A DNA stretch of 64,000 nucleotides from Spirochaetota bacterium (GTDB lineage Bacteria > Spirochaetota > UBA6919 > CBDBPB01). The stretch is taken from NCBI GenBank assembly GCA_965208615.1, contig CBDBPB010000001.1:93725-157724 (forward strand), in the 5' to 3' direction. This document shows positions 28,143 through 38,765 of this stretch, in pieces (the first letter of the stretch is position 1; every line of letters starts with the position of its first letter). A model generated the notes under the pieces. The model was given only the letters and a program-made list of their open reading frames with translations. It was not told the DNA's origin and searched no databases. The translations under genes and the position numbers were made by a program.

Positions 28143-30267
28143 AATAATAATAATATTTAGCATACTTATATGCAATATTGTCTATCCCATTGTAGCTATT
28201 AATAAACACTACCTCCAAGTAATGTTCTATAAGCCAATACCAATGAATATTAACTCAGAAAAAGAAGTTATATTTAGACTAAAATCAATAGGACTCTCAA
28301 AAAGTAAAATATCCATTATTACAAAATATCTTAAACAAAATAAAACAATATCTTTTAAAAAACTCTACCAAAAAGGAATAATAAACTATAACGAAAGCAA
28401 AATATTAAAAAACTTCTTCTTTGATCCTAACAAAAATAAGGATTATATCTTCGAAAGTAAAAACGAAAATGAGGAATATAACGATAATACCACTTCAGAA
28501 CAAAATATCAACCTAAATAAACTTAAAAAAGAAACTATATTAAACCTAAGCTTTATATCCAAAAAACAAGTTAATAGCATTATCAAATATAAAAAAAGTA
28601 TTAAAAGATATACCTCCGTTTATGAGCTATTACTAATACCCAACATAAATAGAAAAACTTTTATTAAGTTAATGCCCTATCTCAAAAATCTAAAACTGAA
28701 TAAAAAGAAATTAAAAAACTTTATAGAAACAAGATATAAAAAAACTAACAAGGCAAATAGAACCTACTATATATACAACAGAATAAATATTGTCAATGAT
28801 AACATAGAACTTAATATATCACTAAGTAAAAATGACTGGCAAGAAGGAACTTATCCCGGTAGCCTTATATCAAAAAAACTTAGTTGGATGGATATATATA
28901 GCCAATATAGTATGGGACTATACATAAAAACAAATCTCTTATCTATTATAGCCATAGGGGACTACTCCCTTAGATTTGGACAACATCTGTTATTCGGTAT
29001 TCCATACACAAACTATCTGGATAGAATAGATTATCATCCAATTAAAAAACGGGATAGCGGTATTCATAAATATACTAATCCAAATAGATTTGGAGTGCTT
29101 AGGGGATTAGCAGTTACTTTTAGCATAAATCAGTTCGAGTTAACCCCTTTTGTTTATTTTAACGACTACAAACTAAAAAATACTAGATTTATAAATAATG
29201 TTGTAAATACAAACGTAGAAAGCCTTATTAATACAGGATACGGCATAATAAACGATAAAAGAGATAGTAAAAGATTATTAGAAAGTGGTGGGGGAGCTAA
29301 TCTGACATATAAAGTAAATAATAATCTTAAAGTTGGACTAACTTATGCTTTCAATCACTACTCCCAAAAGATAGGTCCAAAGACTAACAAGAATAATAAC
29401 TTATTTAGTGGGAATAAATTACACTTGTCATCAGTCTATTTTGACTGGGATATTATTGATAACTTTAATCTATTCAGCGAGATTGCACTATCCATCCACA
29501 AAGATATTACTAATAAAAATATTATTGGTTTAGGTGCGGTTATAGGGGCTATATTAAATAACAATATTCTTAAATACTCATTTTTAATAAGATACCTTGA
29601 TAGTAAGTTCCACTCGCCCCACTCGAGTAACGTAATAAGCAAACGTAATAACGAAGTAGGACTATTCCAAGGAATAGAGGTTAAACCTTATAACAAACTA
29701 CTTTTTAGAATTTATATTGACCTTTTTAAATACCTCGATCAAAAGCCCTTTAATGTAATATTTAGCCTTAAAACAAGTTATAATCCAAATGGTCTGCTTT
29801 TAGTCTACCTTTTTACTATAACAGATAAACCATATTATAGTAAGCGTAGAACCAGAATTAAAAACCAACTAAACCTTGAATATCACATTAATAAATATGT
29901 CTCTTTTAGATTTAGGTATGAAAATATTATCTCTAAAAAAAGAAATGAGATCAATAATAATTATGGTAACCTTTTTTATACACAAATTAAAGTTAATATA
30001 TTAAAAACCTTTATTATCATTACAAGAATAACAGCATACAGTGCCGATAATATAAGTTCAGCAGTCTATGCAGTAGAAAATAGATTACCCTTTTGGTATA
30101 ACGGTATAAACTCTTATTATAACGACGGAATTAGTTATTGTCTAATACTAAAAACTAAGCTAAGAAAAGTACAAGCCGGTATTAAACTAGAAATAGACCA
30201 CAGAAAAATAAAAAATAAAACTAATATTGCCAAAAGAGTCTTTTTACAACTGATATATAAATGGTAA
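28123..30267 (+). CDS. Envelope protein: N-terminal HhH modules plus a ~500-aa predicted outer-membrane beta-barrel
   Basis: Signal-like N-terminus. ILNLSFISKKQVNSIIKYKKSIKRYTSVYELLLIPNINRKTFIKLMPYL is ComEA-like. The long beta-rich remainder ends in ...LQLIYKW. Overlaps the upstream gene by 20 nt. Confidence 0.7.
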   Translation: MTIIKIKIIIIFSILICNIVYPIVAINKHYLQVMFYKPIPMNINSEKEVIFRLKSIGLSKSKISIITKYLKQNKTISFKKLYQKGIINYNESKILKNFFFDPNKNKDYIFESKNENEEYNDNTTSEQNINLNKLKKETILNLSFISKKQVNSIIKYKKSIKRYTSVYELLLIPNINRKTFIKLMPYLKNLKLNKKKLKNFIETRYKKTNKANRTYYIYNRINIVNDNIELNISLSKNDWQEGTYPGSLISKKLSWMDIYSQYSMGLYIKTNLLSIIAIGDYSLRFGQHLLFGIPYTNYLDRIDYHPIKKRDSGIHKYTNPNRFGVLRGLAVTFSINQFELTPFVYFNDYKLKNTRFINNVVNTNVESLINTGYGIINDKRDSKRLLESGGGANLTYKVNNNLKVGLTYAFNHYSQKIGPKTNKNNNLFSGNKLHLSSVYFDWDIIDNFNLFSEIALSIHKDITNKNIIGLGAVIGAILNNNILKYSFLIRYLDSKFHSPHSSNVISKRNNEVGLFQGIEVKPYNKLLFRIYIDLFKYLDQKPFNVIFSLKTSYNPNGLLLVYLFTITDKPYYSKRRTRIKNQLNLEYHINKYVSFRFRYENIISKKRNEINNNYGNLFYTQIKVNILKTFIIITRITAYSADNISSAVYAVENRLPFWYNGINSYYNDGISYCLILKTKLRKVQAGIKLEIDHRKIKNKTNIAKRVFLQLIYKW

Positions 30268-30272
30268 TATAC

Positions 30273-31388
30273 TTAGTGATGGGAAAAACACCTCTCATTG
30301 CTAAAAACCATGGATATATTAAACTCATTACAAGCCTTTATAACATTATAATCACTAACTGATCCACCAGGCTGAACAATAGCCGTAATTCCAGCTTTTG
30401 CAATAAGATCTATGGAATCCTTAAAAGGAAAGAAACCATCAGAGGATATAACAGCTCCCTCTAAACTATTATTACCCTTATACTTTGTATTAGCCTTGTC
30501 AATAGCCTGTTGAACTGCTCCAACCCTATCCTGCTGACCAGTGCCAATAGCCATACTAGTACCGTTCTTAACAATTACAACACCGTTTGACCTAACACTA
30601 AGATTTATATACCACGAAGTTAGCAAATCATTGAACTCTCTATCCGTAGGGACTTTAGCACAACGAATATCCCCCTTGGCTTTGTGACTGTTATAAGCTA
30701 ATATAAAATCATCAGTTGTACGTATTCTTGTTAAGTATGGGTCGGATAATATAATAGCCCCATCTTGTAAAACCTTAACCTCTTTAATATTATTGTCATC
30801 CCCAATAAACCTTGGAATACTCTCCATATTGGAAAGCTCAATAATACGAATATGTTTGTTACGCTTAAAATAAGCAAAGTCATTGAATATATTAATTGCC
30901 TCTTTAGTATAGCTAGGAGCCGCTACCACCTCTATAATACTAGTCATAATCTCTTTAGCAGTATCAGAGTCGACTTCTTTATTAAATACAACTACTCCAC
31001 CAAATGCCGCCTGAGGATCAGCCTCTCTGGCGTTAATATAAACCTCTCTAAGGGACTCACCACTAATAGCAGTACTAACTCCACTGGGATTTAAATGTTT
31101 CATAACTACAGCAGTATTATTAGCAAAATACTTTATTACCTTAACAGCATAATTAATATCCTCAACATTGGTCTGAGAAAGTCCACCCTTGCCAGTTTTT
31201 ATGGTTTTATAAGCCCCTAAACAACCCAATCTACCCTTTGGGACATAAATAGCACCCCTCTGGTGTGGGTTAGTAGCATATCTAAGATCCTCAACCTTGT
31301 CATAAGTTAAACCCATAAACTCAAAACTACTATCAAAATTACCTATGTTAGCCCTAAAATACTTATCCTTTAAATCTTTGCTATCCAT
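30273..31388 (-). CDS. AICAR transformylase-domain protein (PurH C-terminal domain only, no MGS-like IMP cyclohydrolase domain)
   Basis: LRY.TNPHQ, KHLNPSG and AFGGVVVFN motifs. The ERCFSHH terminus corresponds to the PurH ..R.FRH end. 371 aa. Confidence 0.8.
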   Translation of the reverse strand: MDSKDLKDKYFRANIGNFDSSFEFMGLTYDKVEDLRYATNPHQRGAIYVPKGRLGCLGAYKTIKTGKGGLSQTNVEDINYAVKVIKYFANNTAVVMKHLNPSGVSTAISGESLREVYINAREADPQAAFGGVVVFNKEVDSDTAKEIMTSIIEVVAAPSYTKEAINIFNDFAYFKRNKHIRIIELSNMESIPRFIGDDNNIKEVKVLQDGAIILSDPYLTRIRTTDDFILAYNSHKAKGDIRCAKVPTDREFNDLLTSWYINLSVRSNGVVIVKNGTSMAIGTGQQDRVGAVQQAIDKANTKYKGNNSLEGAVISSDGFFPFKDSIDLIAKAGITAIVQPGGSVSDYNVIKACNEFNISMVFSNERCFSHH

Positions 31389-31402
31389 GTTATCCCACCT
31401 AT

Positions 31403-31936
31403 CTAACTAAAACCATACTTTTTAACATAATCAAAAATCCCCCCTGCCTCTATAATCTTTTGTGCGTCACCCAATGAACTTAGCGGATAAGCATCACCAC
31501 TAAGCCTATGGATAAAAGTCATATTGCTTATACTAAGCTCAATCTCATCCCCAGTGTTTAACTTATCACAAATACGATTAGGCGTCTCAAAGGGATAAAG
31601 TAAACCAGCATTAACAGAATTCCTAAAAAATATACGGGAATATGACTCGGCAATAATAGCCCTTACACCAGCAACACTAAGAGCAATAGGAGCATGCTCC
31701 CTTGATGAGCCGCATCCAAAGTTCTTACCCGCCACTATAATAGAATATGGAGTATTATATTGTCCTTCGTCAATAAAAGGAGGTAATCCCGTGGGTAAGC
31801 CGCATAAAGCATAACTACCAAGCTTTTTTCTTTCGTCTGGATCAGTGGGTAAAAGGTTTAAATACTCAGCAGGGATTATCTGATCAGTATCTATGTCATT
31901 TCCTAAAACATATATCTTAGCAATAATCTTATCCAT
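31403..31936 (-). CDS. leuD: Aconitase-family dehydratase small subunit (LeuD/HacB type)
   Basis: GKNFGCGSSREHAP motif, 177 aa, 4 nt downstream of the large subunit. Confidence 0.85.
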   Translation of the reverse strand: MDKIIAKIYVLGNDIDTDQIIPAEYLNLLPTDPDERKKLGSYALCGLPTGLPPFIDEGQYNTPYSIIVAGKNFGCGSSREHAPIALSVAGVRAIIAESYSRIFFRNSVNAGLLYPFETPNRICDKLNTGDEIELSISNMTFIHRLSGDAYPLSSLGDAQKIIEAGGIFDYVKKYGFS

Positions 31937-31940
31937 AATA

Positions 31941-33236
31941 TTACTCCAAATAATCTCTAGGATCAGCTATATAACCGGATAGAGCAGAAGCGGCTACAGT
32001 CAACGGTGAGGCTAAATATACCTCTGACTCCTTAGACCCCATTCTACCAGGAAAGTTCCTATTTGTAGTAGAGATACAAGTACTAGGCTCATTTAACCTG
32101 CCATAAGTGTCAATAGGTCCTCCTAAACAGGCAGAACAACCAGGATTACCAATTTTTTGTACCCCAGCATCCATAAAGATATTCCATAAGCTCTTACCAT
32201 CAATAGTATTGGTCTTTAAGGCGTTATAAACGTCAGTGGTAGCAGGTATAATGAAAGTCTTAACTTTTAACTCCTTATCCTTTAATAAACGTGCAGCAGC
32301 CTTAAAGTCAGTCAGCTTACCCCCTGTGCAGGAACCTATATAAGCCTGATCAACCTTAACAGATTTTAACTTTCTAGCTAAAGCACGATTATCAGGCGAG
32401 TGAGGTTTAGCAACTACAGGCTCAATATCAGCAGACTTATAAACCCTAACTGAATGAAAGTTAGCATCATCATCATTAAGCATAACCTCAAAAGACTTGT
32501 CAGTAACACTTTTAACAAAGTCTATAGTCTTATCATCAGGCTCAATAATCCCATTCTTACCCCCAGCCTCAATAGCCATATTACACAAAGTCATACGCTC
32601 ATCCACATTAAGGGAGTATACCCCCTCACCAGCAAACTCCATACACCTATAATTAGCCCCATCAACACCAATATCCCCAATTATATTTAGGATTAAGTCT
32701 TTAGCCATTAAATAATTAGGTAAATCGCCCTCAAATATAAACCGCATTGTTTGAGGCACCCTAAGCCATAATTTACCAGATCCCATAACAAATCCAGCTT
32801 CTGTATTACCAATACCAGTGGCAAACTCACCAAATGCCCCAGCTGTACATGTATGAGAATCAGTACCAAACATTACCTCACCAGGACGACAATGTCCCCT
32901 TTGCGCAAGAGCAACATGACATACCCCTTGATAATCAGGACTATTAACATCATAAAAATACCTAAGACCCTGTTCCTTAGCAAATGTCCTTAGTATATCC
33001 ACATTACGATGGCACTTTTTATCGTCAGTAAAAATATAATGATCCGGTATTATAACTAGCTTATCTCTATCCCAAACTTTAGAGTCTTCACCAAAATGCT
33101 CCTTGAATACACCAATAGTCCCAGGCCCGCATACGTCATGAGTCATAAGAACATCAACATTAACCCATACATTATCCCCAGGTATAACCTTAGTCCTGAA
33201 CGACTTCTTAGCCAATATCTTCTCTGTTATAGTCAT
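31941..33236 (-). CDS. leuC: Aconitase-family dehydratase large subunit (LeuC/HacA, short archaeal-like type)
   Basis: DHV(M)THDV-like N-terminus, GTDSHT, and cluster cysteines GSCTGG ... NPGCSAC. 431 aa. Substrate (isopropylmalate, homoaconitate or citramalate) cannot be resolved. Confidence 0.85.
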   Translation of the reverse strand: MTITEKILAKKSFRTKVIPGDNVWVNVDVLMTHDVCGPGTIGVFKEHFGEDSKVWDRDKLVIIPDHYIFTDDKKCHRNVDILRTFAKEQGLRYFYDVNSPDYQGVCHVALAQRGHCRPGEVMFGTDSHTCTAGAFGEFATGIGNTEAGFVMGSGKLWLRVPQTMRFIFEGDLPNYLMAKDLILNIIGDIGVDGANYRCMEFAGEGVYSLNVDERMTLCNMAIEAGGKNGIIEPDDKTIDFVKSVTDKSFEVMLNDDDANFHSVRVYKSADIEPVVAKPHSPDNRALARKLKSVKVDQAYIGSCTGGKLTDFKAAARLLKDKELKVKTFIIPATTDVYNALKTNTIDGKSLWNIFMDAGVQKIGNPGCSACLGGPIDTYGRLNEPSTCISTTNRNFPGRMGSKESEVYLASPLTVAASALSGYIADPRDYLE

Positions 33237-33681
33237 AACTATTTTATCCTATTAAAATATAGAATAAAATATAGTAAGATTTTTTATAAAATCAAGAATC
33301 ACTAAAATTAAATATTTTGATAAGTATAAAAGCCTGTTAAGCTCTAATGTCATTTATTTAATGTAATATGCATTTTTATTAGTGCGTAATAAGTAACTTA
33401 TTATTATAATCTAAGATAGCTTAATCATCATTCTCATTTATAAAAAATGTTGACCCAAGTAAATATATAACTTATTATTTAAGACATAATATTAAGTATT
33501 TTTTTATTGTATAAAGAATGGCGAATCTTACTAACAAAATTATACTATCTTATAAACCAACAAATAAGGAAGACTTTAACATAGATATAAAATTAATGGC
33601 TTAAGTGTTTACTAATATTAGATGACTAAATCAAATATTAAATGACAAATAAATAGTGTTATATGTCTTGGTGGAGGCTTT

Positions 33682-34275
33682 ATGGACTCTTATAATAATA
33701 ACATACAAAAAGGATTTCAATTTATTAAATCTAATAATTATGAAGAAGCAGTAAAATGTTATACTAAAGCTATTAATGAAAAAGGTAATGACTCTCTTCT
33801 ATTCCAGATGAGGGGTAACGCTTATTATGAGTGGAAGAAATATAAAAAAGCCATAAATGACTTTACTAAAGCTATAGGTCTCTCTTCAAAGGACTATTTA
33901 ATATACTTCCACAGAGGTATGACCTATGATAAATGTGGAATGAAAAATGAAGCAATAGTTGACTTCAACCAAGTTTTACACCTAAACCCAGACTTCGAAG
34001 AGGTATATAAACATAGGGGTATAGCATTCTATAACAAAGAAGAAAACGAAAATGCCGTTAATGACTTTAGTAAATATATTTCAAAGGTTCCCAATGACTC
34101 AATGGTATATCATTATAGAGGTTTGGCATATTATCGTCTTAAAAATCCCAAAGCTATAAACGATCTAAAACAATTCCTAACATATTGGGAATCTGGACAA
34201 ATAACAATATCCCCAAAAAAAGAAAAAGATATTAAAAAAAAGATTAAAGAATGCGAAGAGAAATTTAATACTTAA
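33682..34275 (+). CDS. TPR-repeat protein
   Basis: About 5 TPR units (A...Y..AI.L.P...Y..RG.AY). Confidence 0.8.
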   Translation: MDSYNNNIQKGFQFIKSNNYEEAVKCYTKAINEKGNDSLLFQMRGNAYYEWKKYKKAINDFTKAIGLSSKDYLIYFHRGMTYDKCGMKNEAIVDFNQVLHLNPDFEEVYKHRGIAFYNKEENENAVNDFSKYISKVPNDSMVYHYRGLAYYRLKNPKAINDLKQFLTYWESGQITISPKKEKDIKKKIKECEEKFNT

Positions 34276-34412
34276 GTCAACAATTTAATAATACAAGTCA
34301 TACAGCAATTAAAAATGCTAAACAAATTTGTAATATTAAAATCACAATAAACAAAAATAATAAATTACTTTTATCTATTAGCATTAAGTATATCCTTTAT
34401 GAGGACTAACCT

Positions 34413-36380
34413 ATGAAAACTATATTAATAATCCTAAGCTTTATAATATTTATATCTAACTCAACACTTGCTAACCTTAAAAAGGAATACATAGAAAAAG
34501 GTATTGAGGCAAATAACAATAAACAATATGATAACTCTATTAAGTGGTTTACTCAAGCTATAAACATAGACTCAGAATATGCCTTAGCCTATTATTATAG
34601 AGGATTAGTCTATAATAAACAAAAAAAGTATAGCTCTGCTCTTGACGACCTCTCTAAAGCAATAAGACTAAAACCTGACTTAATAAAAGCGTATTACCAA
34701 AAAGGATTAATATACAAAAGTATTAATAAGCCGAATAAAGCACTAAATGAATTTAATCAAATAATTGATATAGACTCTACTTATGCCCCAGCCTATTATG
34801 TAAGAGGACTTATTTATCTAAATTTAAAAAGATATAATAGTGCAGTAGAAGACTTCTCGGAAATCATTACCCTAAAACCTAACTTTACTCAAGCATATTA
34901 TACTAGAGGTATAACCTATGCAAGTATTAATAAATATAATCTGGCAATCAAAGACTTTAACACAATAATAAATAATAATCCAAATCCAATATACGCCTAT
35001 AACGCACGAGGACTAGTATATCAACAAAAACAAAACTTTAAAAAATCTATACTCGACTTCTCACACATAATAAAATATAGACCTAATAACTCAGAAGCAT
35101 ACTATAATAGAGGTTTATCCTATGCAAAACTAAATAACCTAAAAAACGCTGAAAAAGACTTTAGCAAAGCTATTAACCTTAATCCAAACCACTTTATGGC
35201 ATATAAAGATCGTGCCCTTATCCACTTTAGAACTAAAGAATATGATAAAACCATAAAAGATTGCAGTAAGTTAATCCAGCTAATGCCAAAGTATTATCAG
35301 CCATACTATATAAGAGCTAGGGCATATCATATTAAGAAAAATCTGTCATCAGCGATTGATGACTATTCAAAAACTATAGAATTAAATAAAAAGTATACTA
35401 CCGCTTATTATTATAGGGCTAAAGCCTATTACAGCTTATTAGATTATAATAATGCTATTGAGGATTATACCAAGGTTATATCACTAAAACCAGATTCACT
35501 AGAGGCTTATTATCATCGTGGGTTAGCATATCGTTATAGCAATAAAATAACTAATGCAATATCCGACTTTGATAGAGTAATAAAAATTGCTCCTAATTAC
35601 TTCTTTGCCTATTATCAACGAGGTCTAACCCTACTAACTATAAAAAACTATAAAAAAGCCATAAGGGATTATAATAAAGCTATCAGCCTTAATCCAAAGT
35701 TTGCAAGGGGATATTTAGCCAGAGGACTATCATATTTTAAACTTAAAAAATATGATATGTCTATAAAAGACTTTGATAGTGCCATAGCCATTGAACCTAA
35801 ATATACTAAGGCATACTTTAATAGAGGACTAACCTATTACATAATTAAAAACTATAAAAAAGCTATAATGGACTATAATAAAGCTATTAACCTTAGTCCT
35901 AAAACTGCCATTTTTTATACTAATAGAGGAGATGTATATATAGCCTTAAAAGACTATGATACAGCTTTAAAAGACTATAATAATGCTATACAAATAGAAA
36001 GTAATAAAGGTAAGTTCTATAGCAGTCGCGGCTATATCCACTATATAAAGAAAAACTACCTAAAATCGATAGAAGACTATAGTAAAGCTATTTCATTTAA
36101 TCCAAATGATGTTGTCTCTTATAATAATAGAGGTTATGTTTATTTTATCCTAAATAATTATGATAAAGCAATATCAGACTATAATAATGCCATCAAAATT
36201 AACCCTAACTTCGTAGAAAGCTATAATAGTAGAGGAGAGATCTATGTAAAAATGAATAAATGTCTTTTGGCAGTTAACGACTATGAGACATATCTAAAAA
36301 AGAACTTAGGCTTAACGGATTCTAAAAAAAAAGAAATCGCTAATCTAATAGCCAGCTTAAAGAAAAAGAACTGTAAATAA
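34413..36380 (+). CDS. Secreted TPR-repeat protein (about 18 units)
   Basis: Signal peptide MKTILIILSFIIFISNSTLA, then uninterrupted 34-aa TPR units. Confidence 0.85.
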   Translation: MKTILIILSFIIFISNSTLANLKKEYIEKGIEANNNKQYDNSIKWFTQAINIDSEYALAYYYRGLVYNKQKKYSSALDDLSKAIRLKPDLIKAYYQKGLIYKSINKPNKALNEFNQIIDIDSTYAPAYYVRGLIYLNLKRYNSAVEDFSEIITLKPNFTQAYYTRGITYASINKYNLAIKDFNTIINNNPNPIYAYNARGLVYQQKQNFKKSILDFSHIIKYRPNNSEAYYNRGLSYAKLNNLKNAEKDFSKAINLNPNHFMAYKDRALIHFRTKEYDKTIKDCSKLIQLMPKYYQPYYIRARAYHIKKNLSSAIDDYSKTIELNKKYTTAYYYRAKAYYSLLDYNNAIEDYTKVISLKPDSLEAYYHRGLAYRYSNKITNAISDFDRVIKIAPNYFFAYYQRGLTLLTIKNYKKAIRDYNKAISLNPKFARGYLARGLSYFKLKKYDMSIKDFDSAIAIEPKYTKAYFNRGLTYYIIKNYKKAIMDYNKAINLSPKTAIFYTNRGDVYIALKDYDTALKDYNNAIQIESNKGKFYSSRGYIHYIKKNYLKSIEDYSKAISFNPNDVVSYNNRGYVYFILNNYDKAISDYNNAIKINPNFVESYNSRGEIYVKMNKCLLAVNDYETYLKKNLGLTDSKKKEIANLIASLKKKNCK

Positions 36381-36395
36381 ACAAAAAAATATATT

Positions 36396-36620
36396 ATGGA
36401 AAAACTTAAAAAAGAGTTTATGGAACTATTTAAAAAATATAGCAAGAATAATACAATCCCTGCAGATGTTCTAAAACAGTTTATTGATAATAATAAAAAT
36501 ACCGCCCATAATGTAATAGATGACCTTATTCAAAAAGGCTTTATAATAGAAGCAAAAGAAAATAATAAACCAACCTTTAAACTAACTAAACATGACTATA
36601 ACTATATTGATGAAAAATAA
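36396..36620 (+). CDS. Hypothetical 74-aa protein (possibly winged-helix-like)
   Basis: ORF 15 nt after the TPR gene on the same strand. No motif. Confidence 0.4.
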   Translation: MEKLKKEFMELFKKYSKNNTIPADVLKQFIDNNKNTAHNVIDDLIQKGFIIEAKENNKPTFKLTKHDYNYIDEK

Positions 36621-36641
36621 TAAATCCATTTTTATTATATC

Positions 36642-38600
36642 TTAAGATTTTAAGGTATTAGCATATTCCCTAAGCTTGGATATAAGAATATTATGCTCAT
36701 TAACAAAGGTAGTACCCCTTGCTTCAAAAGCCATAACTAATACCTCTGGTAAGTTTATCCCATATCCTATAGGAAGTTGACTTTCATAATACATCTTCTC
36801 GTAAAATGAAGGCAGTCTTAATGACCAGTTCTGTTCACCCGATGTTGCAGGCATATTATATCGCTCACTCATACCAAAAAAATCAGTAAAGAATATTTGT
36901 ATATTTTCAGCCGGACTAATAAAAAGCTCTGCTACCTTTAATTTGAAAAACTCTGTGTTATTGGATAAAGCATATCTAATAGCATTCTCAGCCTCTTCAC
37001 CACTAAAATATGGATATACATCCCTAACTAAATATCTAATATGTGAATACTTATCCTCATCATTTAGTGTGTTAATCCAGTTAAGAGTGCTGTCATTATC
37101 ATGAGTACCCATAACAATCCAGTGTATAGGCTTTATATTTACTCCCCTATAAATATGATTTTCATTATTAGGCTCTACAAAATGAGTTACCCTAATACCA
37201 CTGAGCTTAAGCCTCTCTAATACAGCTACAACAGGATTAGTAATACTACCCAAATCTTCACAAACTAATATAAAGTCATCCCCCTTACCAGCCTCTTTAG
37301 CAGACTCAATAACTACCCCCTCTATTATTTGACTGTACTTTTTAATCTGCTCATCAGTTAAACTCTTTACCCTATTCTCGTTTCCATACTCATTTATATA
37401 GTCATGATTAAGGTCATCCACAGCAATATAAGAATATCTTTTCAATTCTTCGATATCGGGGGATGAATATAGCCTTCCCCCGCCTATCCGTGCATCATTT
37501 TCATCGTTTGACTTATATACCCACGAATCAATAAGGCCAATTATATGATCTATCCTAACACCATCATTTTCTTTGAATATCTTTAAAAACTTGTTTTTTA
37601 AAAATAAACCTGCCTTACCCAACTCTCCTCGTGAATTAAATATTTTATCGGGATCTAATACAGGAAAACCCCATGCCTGACCACTATCAGAAAAGTAATC
37701 AGGCGGTGCTCCCATAAAATAATGTTCTAAGAATATAGTTTGATTAGCCCATATATCCCTATCAGAAAATGCAACCTGACTATCAGCTATCAACTTAAAA
37801 TTAAGCTTCTCAGTAAAACCTTTCATACTAAGCCTTTGTTTGTAAACAATAAACTGTATAAACTCGTATTCCTCAATTATACTGCGATATTTAGCCTTTA
37901 TTTGCTTAATCCTTATATTAGCCTGATCAACAAGATTATTATCCCGACTTTCTATATAAGTAAAAATATTTTTATCTATGTTATTAGTCCATAGGGGCCA
38001 GTAATCATTGTTATTCTCTGCAGATAATGCCTCATATAAAGAATCCTTATATAACCACCAGTCATTCTCCTTCTGAAAAGCCTTAAACTCCATATTAAGC
38101 TGATCTATAACTTTAGCCTCATCAGAGTTTAGACTCTTATTATTAAGCCTATCCTCAAAACCAGTGTATGCCTCTTTTAATAAACTATAATAGTTATCAA
38201 AAATATAGTTATGATCAATCCTGTTATCTTTAGAAGTGTTATCCCTTATAAGCTGATCAAGCCTACTTTGTTTTAGTATATATCCATATTGTTTTTGGCT
38301 TAGCTGTTTTATGTCGATAAATAGTGGATTATTAGAAAAAAGTGTACTAATATATGGTGATGGGTCTATGGACTTCGTTTTACCACTTGGTCCTAACTGA
38401 ATGCTGTTAAATCCATGGATGTCCAAAAAGTCTATAAAGTTTTTAGCCTCTTGTGAGTAAGGAGAACCAGCACCTATATCACCATTAACCAATGCTGGAA
38501 AAGACAAATCGTGGATTATTAGAGATAGATTTTTCTTACCTAAAACTCTTATGGCTGATTTTATGTTGTTGGCATACTCTTTTTTATCTTTTATATTCAA
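36642..38600 (-). CDS. malQ: 4-alpha-glucanotransferase (GH77 amylomaltase)
   Basis: GVRIDHIIGL, CEDLG and GTHDN catalytic-region motifs. Confidence 0.85.
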   Translation of the reverse strand: MNIKDKKEYANNIKSAIRVLGKKNLSLIIHDLSFPALVNGDIGAGSPYSQEAKNFIDFLDIHGFNSIQLGPSGKTKSIDPSPYISTLFSNNPLFIDIKQLSQKQYGYILKQSRLDQLIRDNTSKDNRIDHNYIFDNYYSLLKEAYTGFEDRLNNKSLNSDEAKVIDQLNMEFKAFQKENDWWLYKDSLYEALSAENNNDYWPLWTNNIDKNIFTYIESRDNNLVDQANIRIKQIKAKYRSIIEEYEFIQFIVYKQRLSMKGFTEKLNFKLIADSQVAFSDRDIWANQTIFLEHYFMGAPPDYFSDSGQAWGFPVLDPDKIFNSRGELGKAGLFLKNKFLKIFKENDGVRIDHIIGLIDSWVYKSNDENDARIGGGRLYSSPDIEELKRYSYIAVDDLNHDYINEYGNENRVKSLTDEQIKKYSQIIEGVVIESAKEAGKGDDFILVCEDLGSITNPVVAVLERLKLSGIRVTHFVEPNNENHIYRGVNIKPIHWIVMGTHDNDSTLNWINTLNDEDKYSHIRYLVRDVYPYFSGEEAENAIRYALSNNTEFFKLKVAELFISPAENIQIFFTDFFGMSERYNMPATSGEQNWSLRLPSFYEKMYYESQLPIGYGINLPEVLVMAFEARGTTFVNEHNILISKLREYANTLKS

Positions 38601-38765
38601 CTTAACTCCATATTGTTTTTGCCTATTAGAACGGCATAAAAACAGAATAGGCTAAAGAAAAATAATATTCCAAAATAAAAAATACCTATAAAACCAGTGT
38701 ATATTAGATTAGAAAAGTCTAAAGAATAATATCTTTACTCCTTAGACTAACTAAAACTGACTATA

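Noticed and set aside
33450-33478. TTGACC-17 nt-TATTAT promoter-like element in the 445-nt gap between leuC and the TPR gene, and a 28-aa ORF at about 33518
   Set aside because: It is about 200 nt from the nearest start codon. Hexamer matches are expected by chance in AT-rich spacers, the mini-ORF lacks an RBS, and I saw no riboswitch or leader-like structure.
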